Below are positions 28,357 to 37,045 of a DNA stretch of 41,625 nt, piece by piece. Every line of letters begins with the position of its first letter. Position 1 is the stretch's first letter. The position numbers were made by a program, and so were the translations under genes. The notes under the pieces are model-generated. The model was not told the DNA's origin and did no database searches. It saw only the letters and a list, made by a program, of their open reading frames with translations. Where the stretch lies: sequence record SRR20825006_2611; one strand, 5' to 3'.

Positions 28357-29355
28357 ATGAAAAAATCAATCAAAATTGACAAATTTGTGGTAGGTATAAT
28401 CCTAGTAATAATTTTGGCCTACTTTTTCCCAGGTCTTGCCAGTAGAGAGAGTACGGTTCCTTTAGATACTATTTCAGGAATCGGGATATCGCTCATTTTC
28501 TTTTTTTATGGACTAAAACTCAATCCCGAAAAAATAAGGCACGGATTAAAAAATTGGCGTTTGCACATTTTGGTGCAATCCTTCGTGTTCCTAATTTTCC
28601 CATTATTGGTAATAGTTTTCTATCCACTGTTCAAGTCGAGTGATTTTTTACATATCTGGCTTGCATTCTTGTTTATGGCTTCCCTCCCCTCTACCGTATC
28701 CTCCTCGGTGGTGATGGTTTCCATTGCAAAGGGGAATATTCCCGCAGCAATTTTCAATGCAAGCATATCAGGATTGATTGGCATTGTGGTAACGCCATTG
28801 TGGATGGGCATTTTCTTGGAACATCAATCAGGTGATTTTAGCCTCATGGATGTCTATACAAGTTTGATGTTACAGATTTTATTGCCCGTATTTCTTGGAT
28901 TGTTACTACATCGATATTTGGGCGGGTTTGCCGCACGATATAGTAGTTATCTGACCCTTTTTGATAAGTTGGTGATTCTATTGATCATATATAAAAGTTT
29001 TGTGCACTCTTTTGAAGATGGAATCTTTGACTCAGTGAAATTGGAACAGCTGGTCCTGATCTACTCAGGGGTACTTGCCCTATTCTTCTTGGTCTACTTC
29101 ATCATAGGCCGGGTTTCCAAACTACTGAAGTTTTCAACAGAGGACACCATTACAGCACAGTTCTGCGGCACCAAAAAATCCTTGGTACATGGAACCGTTT
29201 TCTCGGGCATCCTATTTCCCGCTTCTTTTTCGATAGGGATAATTTTATTGCCGTTGATGCTTTTTCACGTGACACAGATTTTCATCATCAGTATTGTTGC
29301 CAGTAAAGTCTCCAAACGTGATGATACAGGGGGAATAGTCACCTCTAATCAATAA
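28357..29355 (+). CDS. Bile acid:sodium symporter family protein (SBF-like, YfeH group)
   Basis: IFFFYGLKL, LPSTVSSSV, AKGNIPAAIFNAS, FCGTKKSL, LPLMLFH. Confidence 0.9.
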   Translation: MKKSIKIDKFVVGIILVIILAYFFPGLASRESTVPLDTISGIGISLIFFFYGLKLNPEKIRHGLKNWRLHILVQSFVFLIFPLLVIVFYPLFKSSDFLHIWLAFLFMASLPSTVSSSVVMVSIAKGNIPAAIFNASISGLIGIVVTPLWMGIFLEHQSGDFSLMDVYTSLMLQILLPVFLGLLLHRYLGGFAARYSSYLTLFDKLVILLIIYKSFVHSFEDGIFDSVKLEQLVLIYSGVLALFFLVYFIIGRVSKLLKFSTEDTITAQFCGTKKSLVHGTVFSGILFPASFSIGIILLPLMLFHVTQIFIISIVASKVSKRDDTGGIVTSNQ

Positions 29356-29410
29356 AGCAAATAGAACGGTAAGGCTTAACAACGACCATTTTTGGCAAAC
29401 AAGCTGCCAT

Positions 29411-29638
29411 TTAATCAATGGAGTCTTGATTCGTGGAATCAGTCTTTATGGCGGCACTATCTTTTGTTTTATTGGATTCGGACCATTCCTTATACTTATC
29501 CATACTTTCAGTTTGGGTCTCTTTAACCTCCTTAAGTTCTTCTCCCTCTTTTGGATGATTTAATTTTTTCTCCCGGCAGGAAGTGGCAAGAGCCATCAAA
29601 AGAGATAATGCGAACAATAAACCATACTTCTTCATCAT
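29411..29638 (-). CDS. Small lipoprotein of unknown function
   Basis: MMKKYGLLFALSLLMALATSC lipoprotein signal then charged tail; start moved from 29749. Confidence 0.75.
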   Translation of the reverse strand: MMKKYGLLFALSLLMALATSCREKKLNHPKEGEELKEVKETQTESMDKYKEWSESNKTKDSAAIKTDSTNQDSID

Positions 29639-29664
29639 TATTTTTTTTAAGATTGTATAGAAAA

Positions 29665-29813
29665 ATAATATGTCTTTCTCTTGGACATGGTTCTTATCCG
29701 TTCGAAAATTGTCTTGATTCAAACAACCACACAAACTACTGTTAGTCAATCAGAAATGAATCAATTTTTTCTTGGAAAAAGCAAATACCCCCCTTCAATC
29801 TCCAGTATCTTGA
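29665..29813. promoter_or_regulatory. Divergent promoters with stress-cluster boxes
   Basis: Leftward: TTGATTCAAAC (29714-29724) 41 bp from CATATTAT (29665-29672, minus). Rightward: revcomp TTGATTCATTT (29754-29764) 41 bp from TATCTTGA (29806-29813). Confidence 0.55.
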
Positions 29814-29879
29814 AACTGGAATAAGAGCTGGATGTTTCCAGTTTTATTTTAAAAGAAATATTAATAAAAAACACACATT

Positions 29880-30413
29880 ATGAAAACTTTGAAAACAATA
29901 ACCGTATTGGCAACTTTTTTTGTTGCTTTCGGAACTTTTGCCCAAAACAGTAAGGACAAACAAATTATTGAAGATGCCAAAAAGGCTAAAAAACAGCTCA
30001 TTGCAAAAGATGCGGGACTTAAAAAGTTCTTTGAGACATCCACAGGGTATGTAATTTTCCCAAATGTTGGTGAAGGTGGCTTTATTTTAGGTGGTGCTTC
30101 GGGAAACGGAGTGGTATATGAGAACGGGAAAAAAGTAGGAATGGCCGACATGAAAAAGATTGATGTTGGGCTCCAAGCAGGAGGCCAGGCTTTGACCGAA
30201 GTTATCTTTTTTGAAACTGAAGACGCATTAAACGAGTTTAAAACCGGAAGCTATGCTTTTTCGGGTGACCTTTCTGCCATTGCCGTAAAATCCGGAGTTT
30301 CCAAAAGCGCAGATTATGACGATGGTGTTGTAGTATTTGCCATGCCTAAAGCGGGACTTATGGCAGATGCCTCTATCGGTGGCCAAAAATTTGAATATGT
30401 TCCTTTTCAATAG
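29880..30413 (+). CDS. SYLF/YSC84 lipid-binding domain protein, secreted
   Basis: Signal peptide; YVIFPNVGEGGFILGGASGNG, GLQAGGQ, GLMADASIGGQKF. Confidence 0.88.
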   Translation: MKTLKTITVLATFFVAFGTFAQNSKDKQIIEDAKKAKKQLIAKDAGLKKFFETSTGYVIFPNVGEGGFILGGASGNGVVYENGKKVGMADMKKIDVGLQAGGQALTEVIFFETEDALNEFKTGSYAFSGDLSAIAVKSGVSKSADYDDGVVVFAMPKAGLMADASIGGQKFEYVPFQ

Positions 30414-30435
30414 GATGTAATATATTATAGCTAGC

Positions 30436-30469
30436 AAAAAAGGTCGGTAGAAATACCGACCTTTTTTTT
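30436..30469. terminator. Bidirectional intrinsic terminator
   Basis: AAAAAAGGTCGGTA-GAAA-TACCGACCTTTTTT between convergent genes. Confidence 0.92.
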
Positions 30470-30516
30470 ACCCAGAATCAAATTTATGGTTTGATTTTGG
30501 CATCCGAATATACGTT

Positions 30517-31011
30517 CTATAAGTTCACAAATCCCTTTTCACTGGAACTGGAAGACACATTGCCTTCCTCTGCTCCAAAGAAGGGTACCAACTTACTGTT
30601 CTCGTTATCCCAGAAAAAAGCATTTTCCATATTAACGCTGATGAGTGTAAGGTCGGGGTCGTCCTTACCTTCGAACCAATTGAGCAAATGATGGTTCCAT
30701 AGTTCCTCTTTTTTCTGTTCGGCTATAATGTGTGTTGCGTTTCCAAAAATGGACAAGTATTGCTGCTTGTTGTCATCGTTATAGATTATCTGAACCCGAT
30801 TGTCTTCCTCGATATCCTTAAAAAGTCCACTATCCTTGGAAACAAAGAACCAAAGGTCTCCTTTTTCATCCATTTGTTGGACGGTCATCGGGCAGACCGA
30901 AAATGGTATGGTATTTAAATTACTGGCCATCATCACAGTTTTCTGTTCATCAATCAAAGTCCTGACTTTTCTGAGGCCTTCTTCATTTTTCATATAATTT
31001 CTCTTGTTCAT
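30517..31011 (-). CDS. Pyridoxamine 5'-phosphate oxidase-like general stress protein (YdaG/Gsp26-like)
   Basis: CPMTVQQMDEKGDLWFF, YLSIFGNA, LWN...WFEGKDDPDL, FWD motifs; alternative start at MKNEE. Confidence 0.88.
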   Translation of the reverse strand: MNKRNYMKNEEGLRKVRTLIDEQKTVMMASNLNTIPFSVCPMTVQQMDEKGDLWFFVSKDSGLFKDIEEDNRVQIIYNDDNKQQYLSIFGNATHIIAEQKKEELWNHHLLNWFEGKDDPDLTLISVNMENAFFWDNENSKLVPFFGAEEGNVSSSSSEKGFVNL

Positions 31012-31143
31012 CGTTTTTGTTTTTATGTATTATTGATTCAGTTATATCATCCGGCCAAGAAGGGCTCTTACTATATTTTCATCTACTGGCCCCGCTCTGA
31101 CCATCATCTACTTTAGTTTGATGATTGCATTTGGATGATTTCA

Positions 31144-31333
31144 TAAATCTAACCGAAATACAACTGTTGGCTTTGCTCTTTAGATAATATGTTGGACGTA
31201 ATCAAATAAATCACAATATTTCCATTCAAGATTCAACATCTCATATTCAATATATTACCCGCACACATTCACCATATACGGCAATCTTTCAACCATTAAC
31301 GTCAAAAAGTCCGTCGTATGTGCTTTATATTAA
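31144..31333. promoter_or_regulatory. Divergent promoters with stress-cluster boxes
   Basis: Leftward: TGGACGTAATC (31193-31203) 41 bp from TAGATTTA (31144-31151, minus). Rightward: revcomp TTGCCGTATAT (31274-31284) and TTGACGTTAAT (31295-31305), 41 and 20 bp from TATATTAA (31326-31333). Confidence 0.55.
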
Positions 31334-31401
31334 TATTGATGATGAACGGTACTGGGAAACGGCACCATTAAAATGAACTTTTAACCTTTAAAAAAATAGT
31401 T

Positions 31402-31542
31402 ATGAGTATTGCAGATAAAAGAAAATTTAAACGAAAAGTAAAACAGAACAATCCAACAAACCCTACTGGTAACACCACTATCGATACGAACAAATTTGAT
31501 ATTGATGAGAATACCATTAAAGAACAGCAGAATAAAGAATAA
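31402..31542 (+). CDS. 46-aa small protein MSIADKRKFKRKVKQNNPTNPTGNTTIDTNKFDIDENTIKEQQNKE (not in ORF track)
   Basis: A-rich Bacteroidota-type initiation region, own candidate promoter, tandem TAA TAA, terminator 25 bp downstream. Confidence 0.75.
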   Translation: MSIADKRKFKRKVKQNNPTNPTGNTTIDTNKFDIDENTIKEQQNKE

Positions 31543-31567
31543 TAAAAATAACTGTTAGTAGATTAAG

Positions 31568-31597
31568 AAAAAAGCTCTCGTAAAGAGAGCTTTTTTT
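31568..31597. terminator. Bidirectional intrinsic terminator
   Basis: AAAAAAGCTCTC-GTAAA-GAGAGCTTTTTTT between the sORF and the convergent AraC gene. Confidence 0.9.
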
Positions 31598-31693
31598 AAT
31601 GGTAATAAGTCCCGCAAGGAAACTATACTAATAAATGGATAACATAATTATGTTATGAATATATAGAGATACAACACTAATGTTGCAATTATT

Positions 31694-32716
31694 TTATGCT
31701 GAAATGGCAAAGCTTCTCTGTTTGTCCTTATACTCTTTGGGACTACAGTTATATTTTGCTTTAAAGATTTTTGAAAAATAACTTCTACTGATAAAACCAA
31801 TGCTGTAAACAACCTCGGAGATGTTCATATCGGTGGTCTTGATTAGATTCTCTGCCAATCGCACCCTTACATCCCTTATATAGTCCGTTACCGTTGTCCC
31901 GTGCATCATTTTAAAGCCCTCTTGCAATTTGGAAGGTGATAAACCTCCTTTTTTACAGAGATATGCTACAGATAGCTGTTTTTCGGGATAGTTATTAATA
32001 AAGACGGACAGTTCCCTTACAATCTCTCTTTCCTTTTTTGTCAACGAGGATTCTTGTACCGTCGCATTCTTAAGGTCATCGGAATGCTGCTGAATCTCTA
32101 GGGCCAAGATCAAATGTACCAACCCTTCTATCATCAACTTTCTGGCAATCCCGGTCACGGATACGGTATTTATTTGACGTACCTTTTCCGCTACTTTTAG
32201 GTTGTAAGAACCTATGTATGCAAAATTGTCCACAACATTATCCTTGAAGAACAGTTTTTGAAGTTCATGGTTTAAATGGTTCTCGTTTCCCGTTCTTTTG
32301 GTAGGGCTTACGATAACCAGTATCATTTTAAGGCGCATGTCCTTCTCAAAATAGAGAACATTGTCCTGTAACGTTTTGCTTGTTAGAATACCTGTCTGAA
32401 AATTTTCCAAATCATGTTTTTCACCTTTGCGTCCAAAGCTGTGCGACACTTGACCTTGTGAGCAATAGGCAAAACAAATTGGGGTATATTGGGTGGAACT
32501 TGCCACCAACATAACATCTTCCGTGAATTCCATGTCAAACTCCATGTAGGATATGCCTCCTTTAAAAGAAATGCCTTTTATAAGGCCTTGCCCTAATGGA
32601 TTGTCTATTTCGAGAATATGCTCCTCCGCATCATGTGTTAGGTTACCTGCAAAATCTGCTTGCAATTGTTCGAATACTTGATGGATTTTTGCTGTTTTTA
32701 GGGATATCGTTTTCAT
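31694..32716 (-). CDS. AraC-family transcriptional regulator (340 aa)
   Basis: C-terminal double HTH: LSPSKLQEGFK, MNISEVVYSIGFISRSYFSKIFKAKYNCSPKEY. Confidence 0.93.
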   Translation of the reverse strand: MKTISLKTAKIHQVFEQLQADFAGNLTHDAEEHILEIDNPLGQGLIKGISFKGGISYMEFDMEFTEDVMLVASSTQYTPICFAYCSQGQVSHSFGRKGEKHDLENFQTGILTSKTLQDNVLYFEKDMRLKMILVIVSPTKRTGNENHLNHELQKLFFKDNVVDNFAYIGSYNLKVAEKVRQINTVSVTGIARKLMIEGLVHLILALEIQQHSDDLKNATVQESSLTKKEREIVRELSVFINNYPEKQLSVAYLCKKGGLSPSKLQEGFKMMHGTTVTDYIRDVRVRLAENLIKTTDMNISEVVYSIGFISRSYFSKIFKAKYNCSPKEYKDKQRSFAISA

Positions 32717-32775
32717 GGCTTATTGTGTTTTAGGTTGTTTTCTATTACTGATTGATAATGAAAAATCTTGTTTTG

Positions 32776-32839
32776 TAAAGATCACCTACTAAGCCACAAA
32801 GTATTTTATACAACTTTTGGATTCTGTTATAGAACTTTT
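32776..32839 (-). promoter_or_regulatory. AraC(340) promoter with 21-bp-spaced direct repeat
   Basis: -7-like GATCTTTA (32776-32783, minus); TTATACAACTTTT (32806-32818) and TTATAGAACTTTT (32827-32839). Confidence 0.62.
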
Positions 32840-32861
32840 TGATATGCCCGGAAATAGTGTT

Positions 32862-32885
32862 AAAAAGCTCTTAAACAAGCTTTTT
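32862..32885 (-). terminator. Weak terminator-like hairpin after the kinase
   Basis: AAAAAGCT-CTTAAACA-AGCTTTTT. Confidence 0.4.
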
Positions 32886-32911
32886 GATAGAGTCTTTGAA
32901 TAAGTTCCGGA

Positions 32912-35083
32912 CTAAACAGGAAGGTAGATGGTAAAAACGGAGCCCCTGTTCTTGTCACCGGAGGCATGGATAAAACCGTGGTGGTTCTCCACAATTTTTT
33001 TGCATATGGCCAACCCGATACCTGTGCCGGAGTATTGGGTCTTTGAATGTAGCCGCTGGAAAACTTCGAAGATTTTTTTGGCACTTACATTGTCAAATCC
33101 GATGCCATTGTCGGTTAAACTTATCTTGAAGTAGTTTTTAGCGTGTTTTAGGAATTCTTCTGGCATTTGATCATTGGCAACCATTTCCGATGTTACCTTT
33201 ATCTTGGGCGCTACTTTGGGATTTCGATATTTTAAGGAATTGGACACCAAATTGCCGAAAAGTTGCTCAAGCTGGAAACCCACACCGTGTACCATTGGTA
33301 GATTATCCCAAACGATACTTGCATCTTCACCTTTAATGCGCTCTGCATTTTCTTCGCTGACCTTTTTCATAACACTGTTAAGGTCGACTACCTCAAAATC
33401 ATCGTGGGTACTATCTATTCGAGAATAGTTCAATAGGTTACGAATCAAGGATTGCATCCTGGCCGCTACTTTGTCTATTCTATCAAAATATACTCTTCCC
33501 CTCTCGGACAATTTATTTTTTTCCTCCCCATCAATACGGGATATAAACATTTGGATTTTTCGCAGCGGCTCCTGTAAATCATGGCTTACCACCCTATTGA
33601 ACGATTCCAGTTCCACATTGCTGCGCTCTAGTTCAAGATTCTTTATCCGCAATGTATTTTCTGCAGCTATCTGGTCGGATACGTCCTGTACTACACCGAT
33701 CATTACAGTTCTCCCATCCTTTTGTATAAACTGACCCTTGGTACGTATGTGTTTTACTTCTCCGCTTTTAGATATAATTCTATATGTATGGTCCCGTGGT
33801 TCTTGCTTTGCTCTATGCCATTCCCCGTATTCATCATATTGCTTCAAATCATCCGGATGCACAAAACTCCTGTATCGTTCCAGTGATGGTTTAAACTCGT
33901 TTGGTTCGCACCCCAATATTCGGTAGTAGTTTTCGGATATTTCTGCCTCCCCGGTATCTAAATACCATGTATAACTTCCAATTTTTGCCACCTTCTTGGC
34001 CTCGGACATAATAAAGTTCTGAACTTCCAGTTCTTGGTTGGCCCTTAATAGGTTTTCCTTGGCCTTGTACTCCTCTGTATTGTTTCGCACAACTTCCAAT
34101 ATTCCCCCATCCATTGCCCTAACAAAGGTGTGGAACCAAAATTGTTGACCCTCCACGGTAACCTGACGTTCGAAATCTATGGTCTTGTTTTCAAGAAAAC
34201 AATCTATCATCCGTTGCAGTTCGTTGTTCTTGAGAACAAACGGAAAAACATCGGTTATGGGCTTTCCAAGAAGTTCATCCGGCTCTAGGTTTAAATAATC
34301 CCTATTGCATATATTGGCGAAGGCTACCCTAAAATCGACCACCTTTGCATTGGAATCGTAAATGGGCTCATAATAGTTCATTATGTTATCGGTACTCTGA
34401 ACAATGTTCTGCAACAAAGCCTCAGAGGATTGAATTTTGTTTTTGTGCCTCCGTAACCTGAAAAATGCTATAGTGAACATAACAATGGAAAACAGGGCAA
34501 GGAACAATGTGGTTAGCGGCGTAAGAAAGGTAAGCCTCCTATAGGTCACCAATTTGTCCTGAAGAAAGTTCTCGTTATTCGCCAGCATATTTCTCTTGAA
34601 TCCCCTAAGTTTTTTTAGGATGGAAGCTGCTCTCTCCACATACACCATGGCGGTAGAATCTGCCTCCATTGGCTTTACCTTACCGTGTAATGCGGTCAGG
34701 GTCGTATGTAGGCTATCCTTTAACTTTGAAACAGTATCCAAATTTCTCCGATGGTAGGGCATCTCCTTGACCAGTCCATACAACCTATCGAAGGTTCTAT
34801 CATTTTGCAACTTATGGTCTATGTACGATTCTTCAAAAGTTGAATCCTTTAAAATCACAGATCTGAACTCGGCAGACTCCATCAGGTCATATTGGGTGAA
34901 CAACTTATTTATTTCTTTGTCCACCGTTAAGGAATGGGATACCATCTCTGCGGAAACTTCCAGATCTCTTATCTGTTTGAACAATACGGTGGTAATAAAA
35001 AGAAGCAATACTATGGCCAATGCCAAGGCGATTCTGTCCACTACGGGTGATTGGGCTATGCGACGAAAAATCTTAAAATCCAT
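32912..35083 (-). CDS. Membrane sensor histidine kinase (CHASE3-like periplasmic domain, two PAS domains, HisKA, HATPase)
   Basis: Two TM helices; VSHSLTV CHASE3-like start; PAS motifs (DFRVAFAN, FVHPDD, GVVQDVS); H-box VSHDLQEPLRKI; NLVSNSLKY, DNGIGF, FQRLH, GTGIGLAIC. Confidence 0.93.
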   Translation of the reverse strand: MDFKIFRRIAQSPVVDRIALALAIVLLLFITTVLFKQIRDLEVSAEMVSHSLTVDKEINKLFTQYDLMESAEFRSVILKDSTFEESYIDHKLQNDRTFDRLYGLVKEMPYHRRNLDTVSKLKDSLHTTLTALHGKVKPMEADSTAMVYVERAASILKKLRGFKRNMLANNENFLQDKLVTYRRLTFLTPLTTLFLALFSIVMFTIAFFRLRRHKNKIQSSEALLQNIVQSTDNIMNYYEPIYDSNAKVVDFRVAFANICNRDYLNLEPDELLGKPITDVFPFVLKNNELQRMIDCFLENKTIDFERQVTVEGQQFWFHTFVRAMDGGILEVVRNNTEEYKAKENLLRANQELEVQNFIMSEAKKVAKIGSYTWYLDTGEAEISENYYRILGCEPNEFKPSLERYRSFVHPDDLKQYDEYGEWHRAKQEPRDHTYRIISKSGEVKHIRTKGQFIQKDGRTVMIGVVQDVSDQIAAENTLRIKNLELERSNVELESFNRVVSHDLQEPLRKIQMFISRIDGEEKNKLSERGRVYFDRIDKVAARMQSLIRNLLNYSRIDSTHDDFEVVDLNSVMKKVSEENAERIKGEDASIVWDNLPMVHGVGFQLEQLFGNLVSNSLKYRNPKVAPKIKVTSEMVANDQMPEEFLKHAKNYFKISLTDNGIGFDNVSAKKIFEVFQRLHSKTQYSGTGIGLAICKKIVENHHGFIHASGDKNRGSVFTIYLPV

Positions 35084-35158
35084 TAGTAGTTGCAGTAACC
35101 TGTTTTAAGGTTTTATTATAAGTAGCACATAATTAAAACATATGCTGCTCAATTTTGA

Positions 35159-35626
35159 TCACAATCGCAACAAAAAATTATCCCGATTGAGGTTAGAGGT
35201 GTGGTACTGCCAGTTTATCTGCAAAACCTTCTCTATGGAATCCCTCAATTTACTAAAGTTATTGGGCTTGTTCAAATAAACATTGGCTCCATTGACAAAA
35301 GTTTCCTCGATATCGTTTTCGGAACATGAAGTTGAATATATGGCAATGCACACATCATTGAGCTTTGGATTTGAACGAATCTCCTTTAAACACTGCATTC
35401 CATTTTTAATGGGCATGTTCAAGTCCAAAAAAATCAAATTCGGCAGAATAATGTTAGGAAGGTTCAGGTAGTCCATCAATTCCTGTCCATCGCTCAATAA
35501 CGATAGTTTTGTTCGGATGGAAATATCCTCAATAGCTTCTTGAAAAAATAAGCGGTCGTCCTCATCATCATCGGCAAGGGCTACATTTAAAATCTGTTTG
35601 CCTGAATTGGAAGGAAATTTATTCAT
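35159..35626 (-). CDS. Single-domain response regulator (Rcp1-like receiver)
   Basis: LADDDEDD, IFLDLNMP, YSTS, YLNKP; ATGA overlap with the upstream AraC. Confidence 0.93.
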   Translation of the reverse strand: MNKFPSNSGKQILNVALADDDEDDRLFFQEAIEDISIRTKLSLLSDGQELMDYLNLPNIILPNLIFLDLNMPIKNGMQCLKEIRSNPKLNDVCIAIYSTSCSENDIEETFVNGANVYLNKPNNFSKLRDSIEKVLQINWQYHTSNLNRDNFLLRL

Positions 35627-36186
35627 ATAGTTTGTTGTATTCTAGTACCTCTTCGTCTTTCCAATATTTCTTGAAACTTGGTAGGTGTCAATCCCGTTAT
35701 TTTCTTAAACTGTCCGGACAAGTGCGCTACACTACTATAGTTTAAACGATAGGCTATTTCTGTTAATGTTAGGTCGGTGTCGGCCATAAGGTCTTTGGCA
35801 TGGTCGACTTTTCTGAGAATCACAAAATTCTCTATTGATGTATAGGTTGTTTCAGAAAAAAGGTTGGAGAGATAGGTGTAGGAATAGTTCAATTTATCAG
35901 CAAGGTACTCAGAGACCTTTTGCGATTTTAACTGGTCATCTTCCAACATCTCGTTTATGGTATTCTTTATTCGTTGCACCAAAGCTGTTTTCTGATCGTT
36001 CAGGACATAAATGCCATATGCATTCAAATTATTTAACAATTCCTGCATCTCTTCATCAGAAATTGCCCGCTTTATCTCTATCTCACCAGTACCATGAAGC
36101 AGGTGGGGAATATCCAATTTATCCAATTGCTCCTTTAAAATGGTTTTACAAGTGATATTTAAATCATATTTGACACTAATTTTCAT
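35623..36186 (-). CDS. Short AraC-family regulator (187 aa)
   Basis: YSYTYLSNLFSE, LTEIAYRLNYSSVAHLSGQFKKITGLTPTKF. Confidence 0.93.
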   Translation of the reverse strand: MKISVKYDLNITCKTILKEQLDKLDIPHLLHGTGEIEIKRAISDEEMQELLNNLNAYGIYVLNDQKTALVQRIKNTINEMLEDDQLKSQKVSEYLADKLNYSYTYLSNLFSETTYTSIENFVILRKVDHAKDLMADTDLTLTEIAYRLNYSSVAHLSGQFKKITGLTPTKFQEILERRRGTRIQQTI

Positions 36187-36238
36187 CCTTCTCCTGCATA
36201 ATTTGGCAAAGTCTCTTTAAGGCCGGGGCAAGCCATTG

Positions 36239-36297
36239 CAAGTATAGACTAAATTTAAATAATTATTTAACACAATTGCGGTGTTTTTGGCCAATAT
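36239..36297 (-). promoter_or_regulatory. Promoter of araC(187)-receiver-kinase operon with stress-cluster boxes
   Basis: TATACTTG (36239-36246, minus); TTAACACAATT (36267-36277, 20 bp) and TTGGCCAATAT (36287-36297, 40 bp). Confidence 0.55.
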
Positions 36298-36496
36298 TGA
36301 ACTTACCGCATAAATGAAGGGAAGAATGTCTTGATGACCTATTCAATACTCTAATACAGTGTCTTTCCTTAAAAAAAAACTCTGTTTAATGGAACATACA
36401 TCCACGTTACCGTTAAGAAGAAAATAAATACTAGTAGAAGGGTACTAGAATTTTTGAAAGGAATTTTGCAGATTCGTTGTTTATTAAATGGAAAAA

Positions 36497-36832
36497 TCAA
36501 GAATCAATGCTTGCCTTATCGGAAACATTCTCATCGGGAATGGCCTTAAAGAATTCGGCTGCATCCAAATCGGCATTGGGACCATACCCTAATAAATAGG
36601 TTCCTTTTTTTCCATCATTGGTTTCCAAAACATATAAAATTGACATGTCCGACGGGTTGCTCATACCTTCATAACGATGGTCGGCAACAATATGGATGTC
36701 TTCCGGGGAATAGGTTGTTTTAGAATTGGAAGCAATCAGTTTTCCTTCCTCGAACCTAAAATTGGCAGTATATCCCTTTTCTTGATATGCTTTTATATAA
36801 TCCTTTTCGTGCTTTGCGTTTTCATTTTCCAT
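36497..36832 (-). CDS. Small acidic Bacteroidota-type protein of unknown function
   Basis: KGYTANF and RYEGMSNPSDMSILYVLET.DG.KG motif; start ATG 36832 chosen because the -7 box overlaps the 36853 start. Confidence 0.8.
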   Translation of the reverse strand: MENENAKHEKDYIKAYQEKGYTANFRFEEGKLIASNSKTTYSPEDIHIVADHRYEGMSNPSDMSILYVLETNDGKKGTYLLGYGPNADLDAAEFFKAIPDENVSDKASIDS

Positions 36833-36850
36833 CCCTGATGCTATTTTCAT

Positions 36851-36931
36851 CAAATATGGGGAAATACAACTATTTTGGTTGACACATTACCTAACATTCT
36901 TGACCCATTTAAAAATAAAATTGGCACATAA
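36851..36931 (-). promoter_or_regulatory. Promoter with three boxes at 21-bp period
   Basis: CATATTTG (36851-36858, minus); TTGACACATTA (36879), TTGACCCATTT (36900), TTGGCACATAA (36921). Confidence 0.72.
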
Positions 36932-37045
36932 CTGAAAAATATACGTAATTAACAGTTTAAAACTAAATAATAGTGTCTTTGGCAATCTTCTTTTTACAAG
37001 TTGATCATAGCCCGGCCATAGCCTACTGTCTTATAGATTATAGCA

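Noticed and set aside
31079-31144. 21-codon minus-strand uORF before the gsp26-like gene
   Set aside because: Its ATG overlaps the predicted -7 box, so it would lie upstream of the TSS
32912-35083. Bacteriophytochrome or LOV photoreceptor
   Set aside because: Kinase core is similar, but there is no GAF/PHY PASDIP motif and no GxNCRFLQ LOV motif
36497-36853. PRPP synthetase label and 36853 start
   Set aside because: Too short with no PRPP-binding motifs; the upstream start overlaps the predicted -7 box
36879-36910. TTGACA/TTGACC as an E. coli-type -35 element
   Set aside because: The box lies on the non-coding strand of the associated genes, repeats at 21 bp, has no TATAAT 17 bp away, and Bacteroidota use -33/-7 promoters
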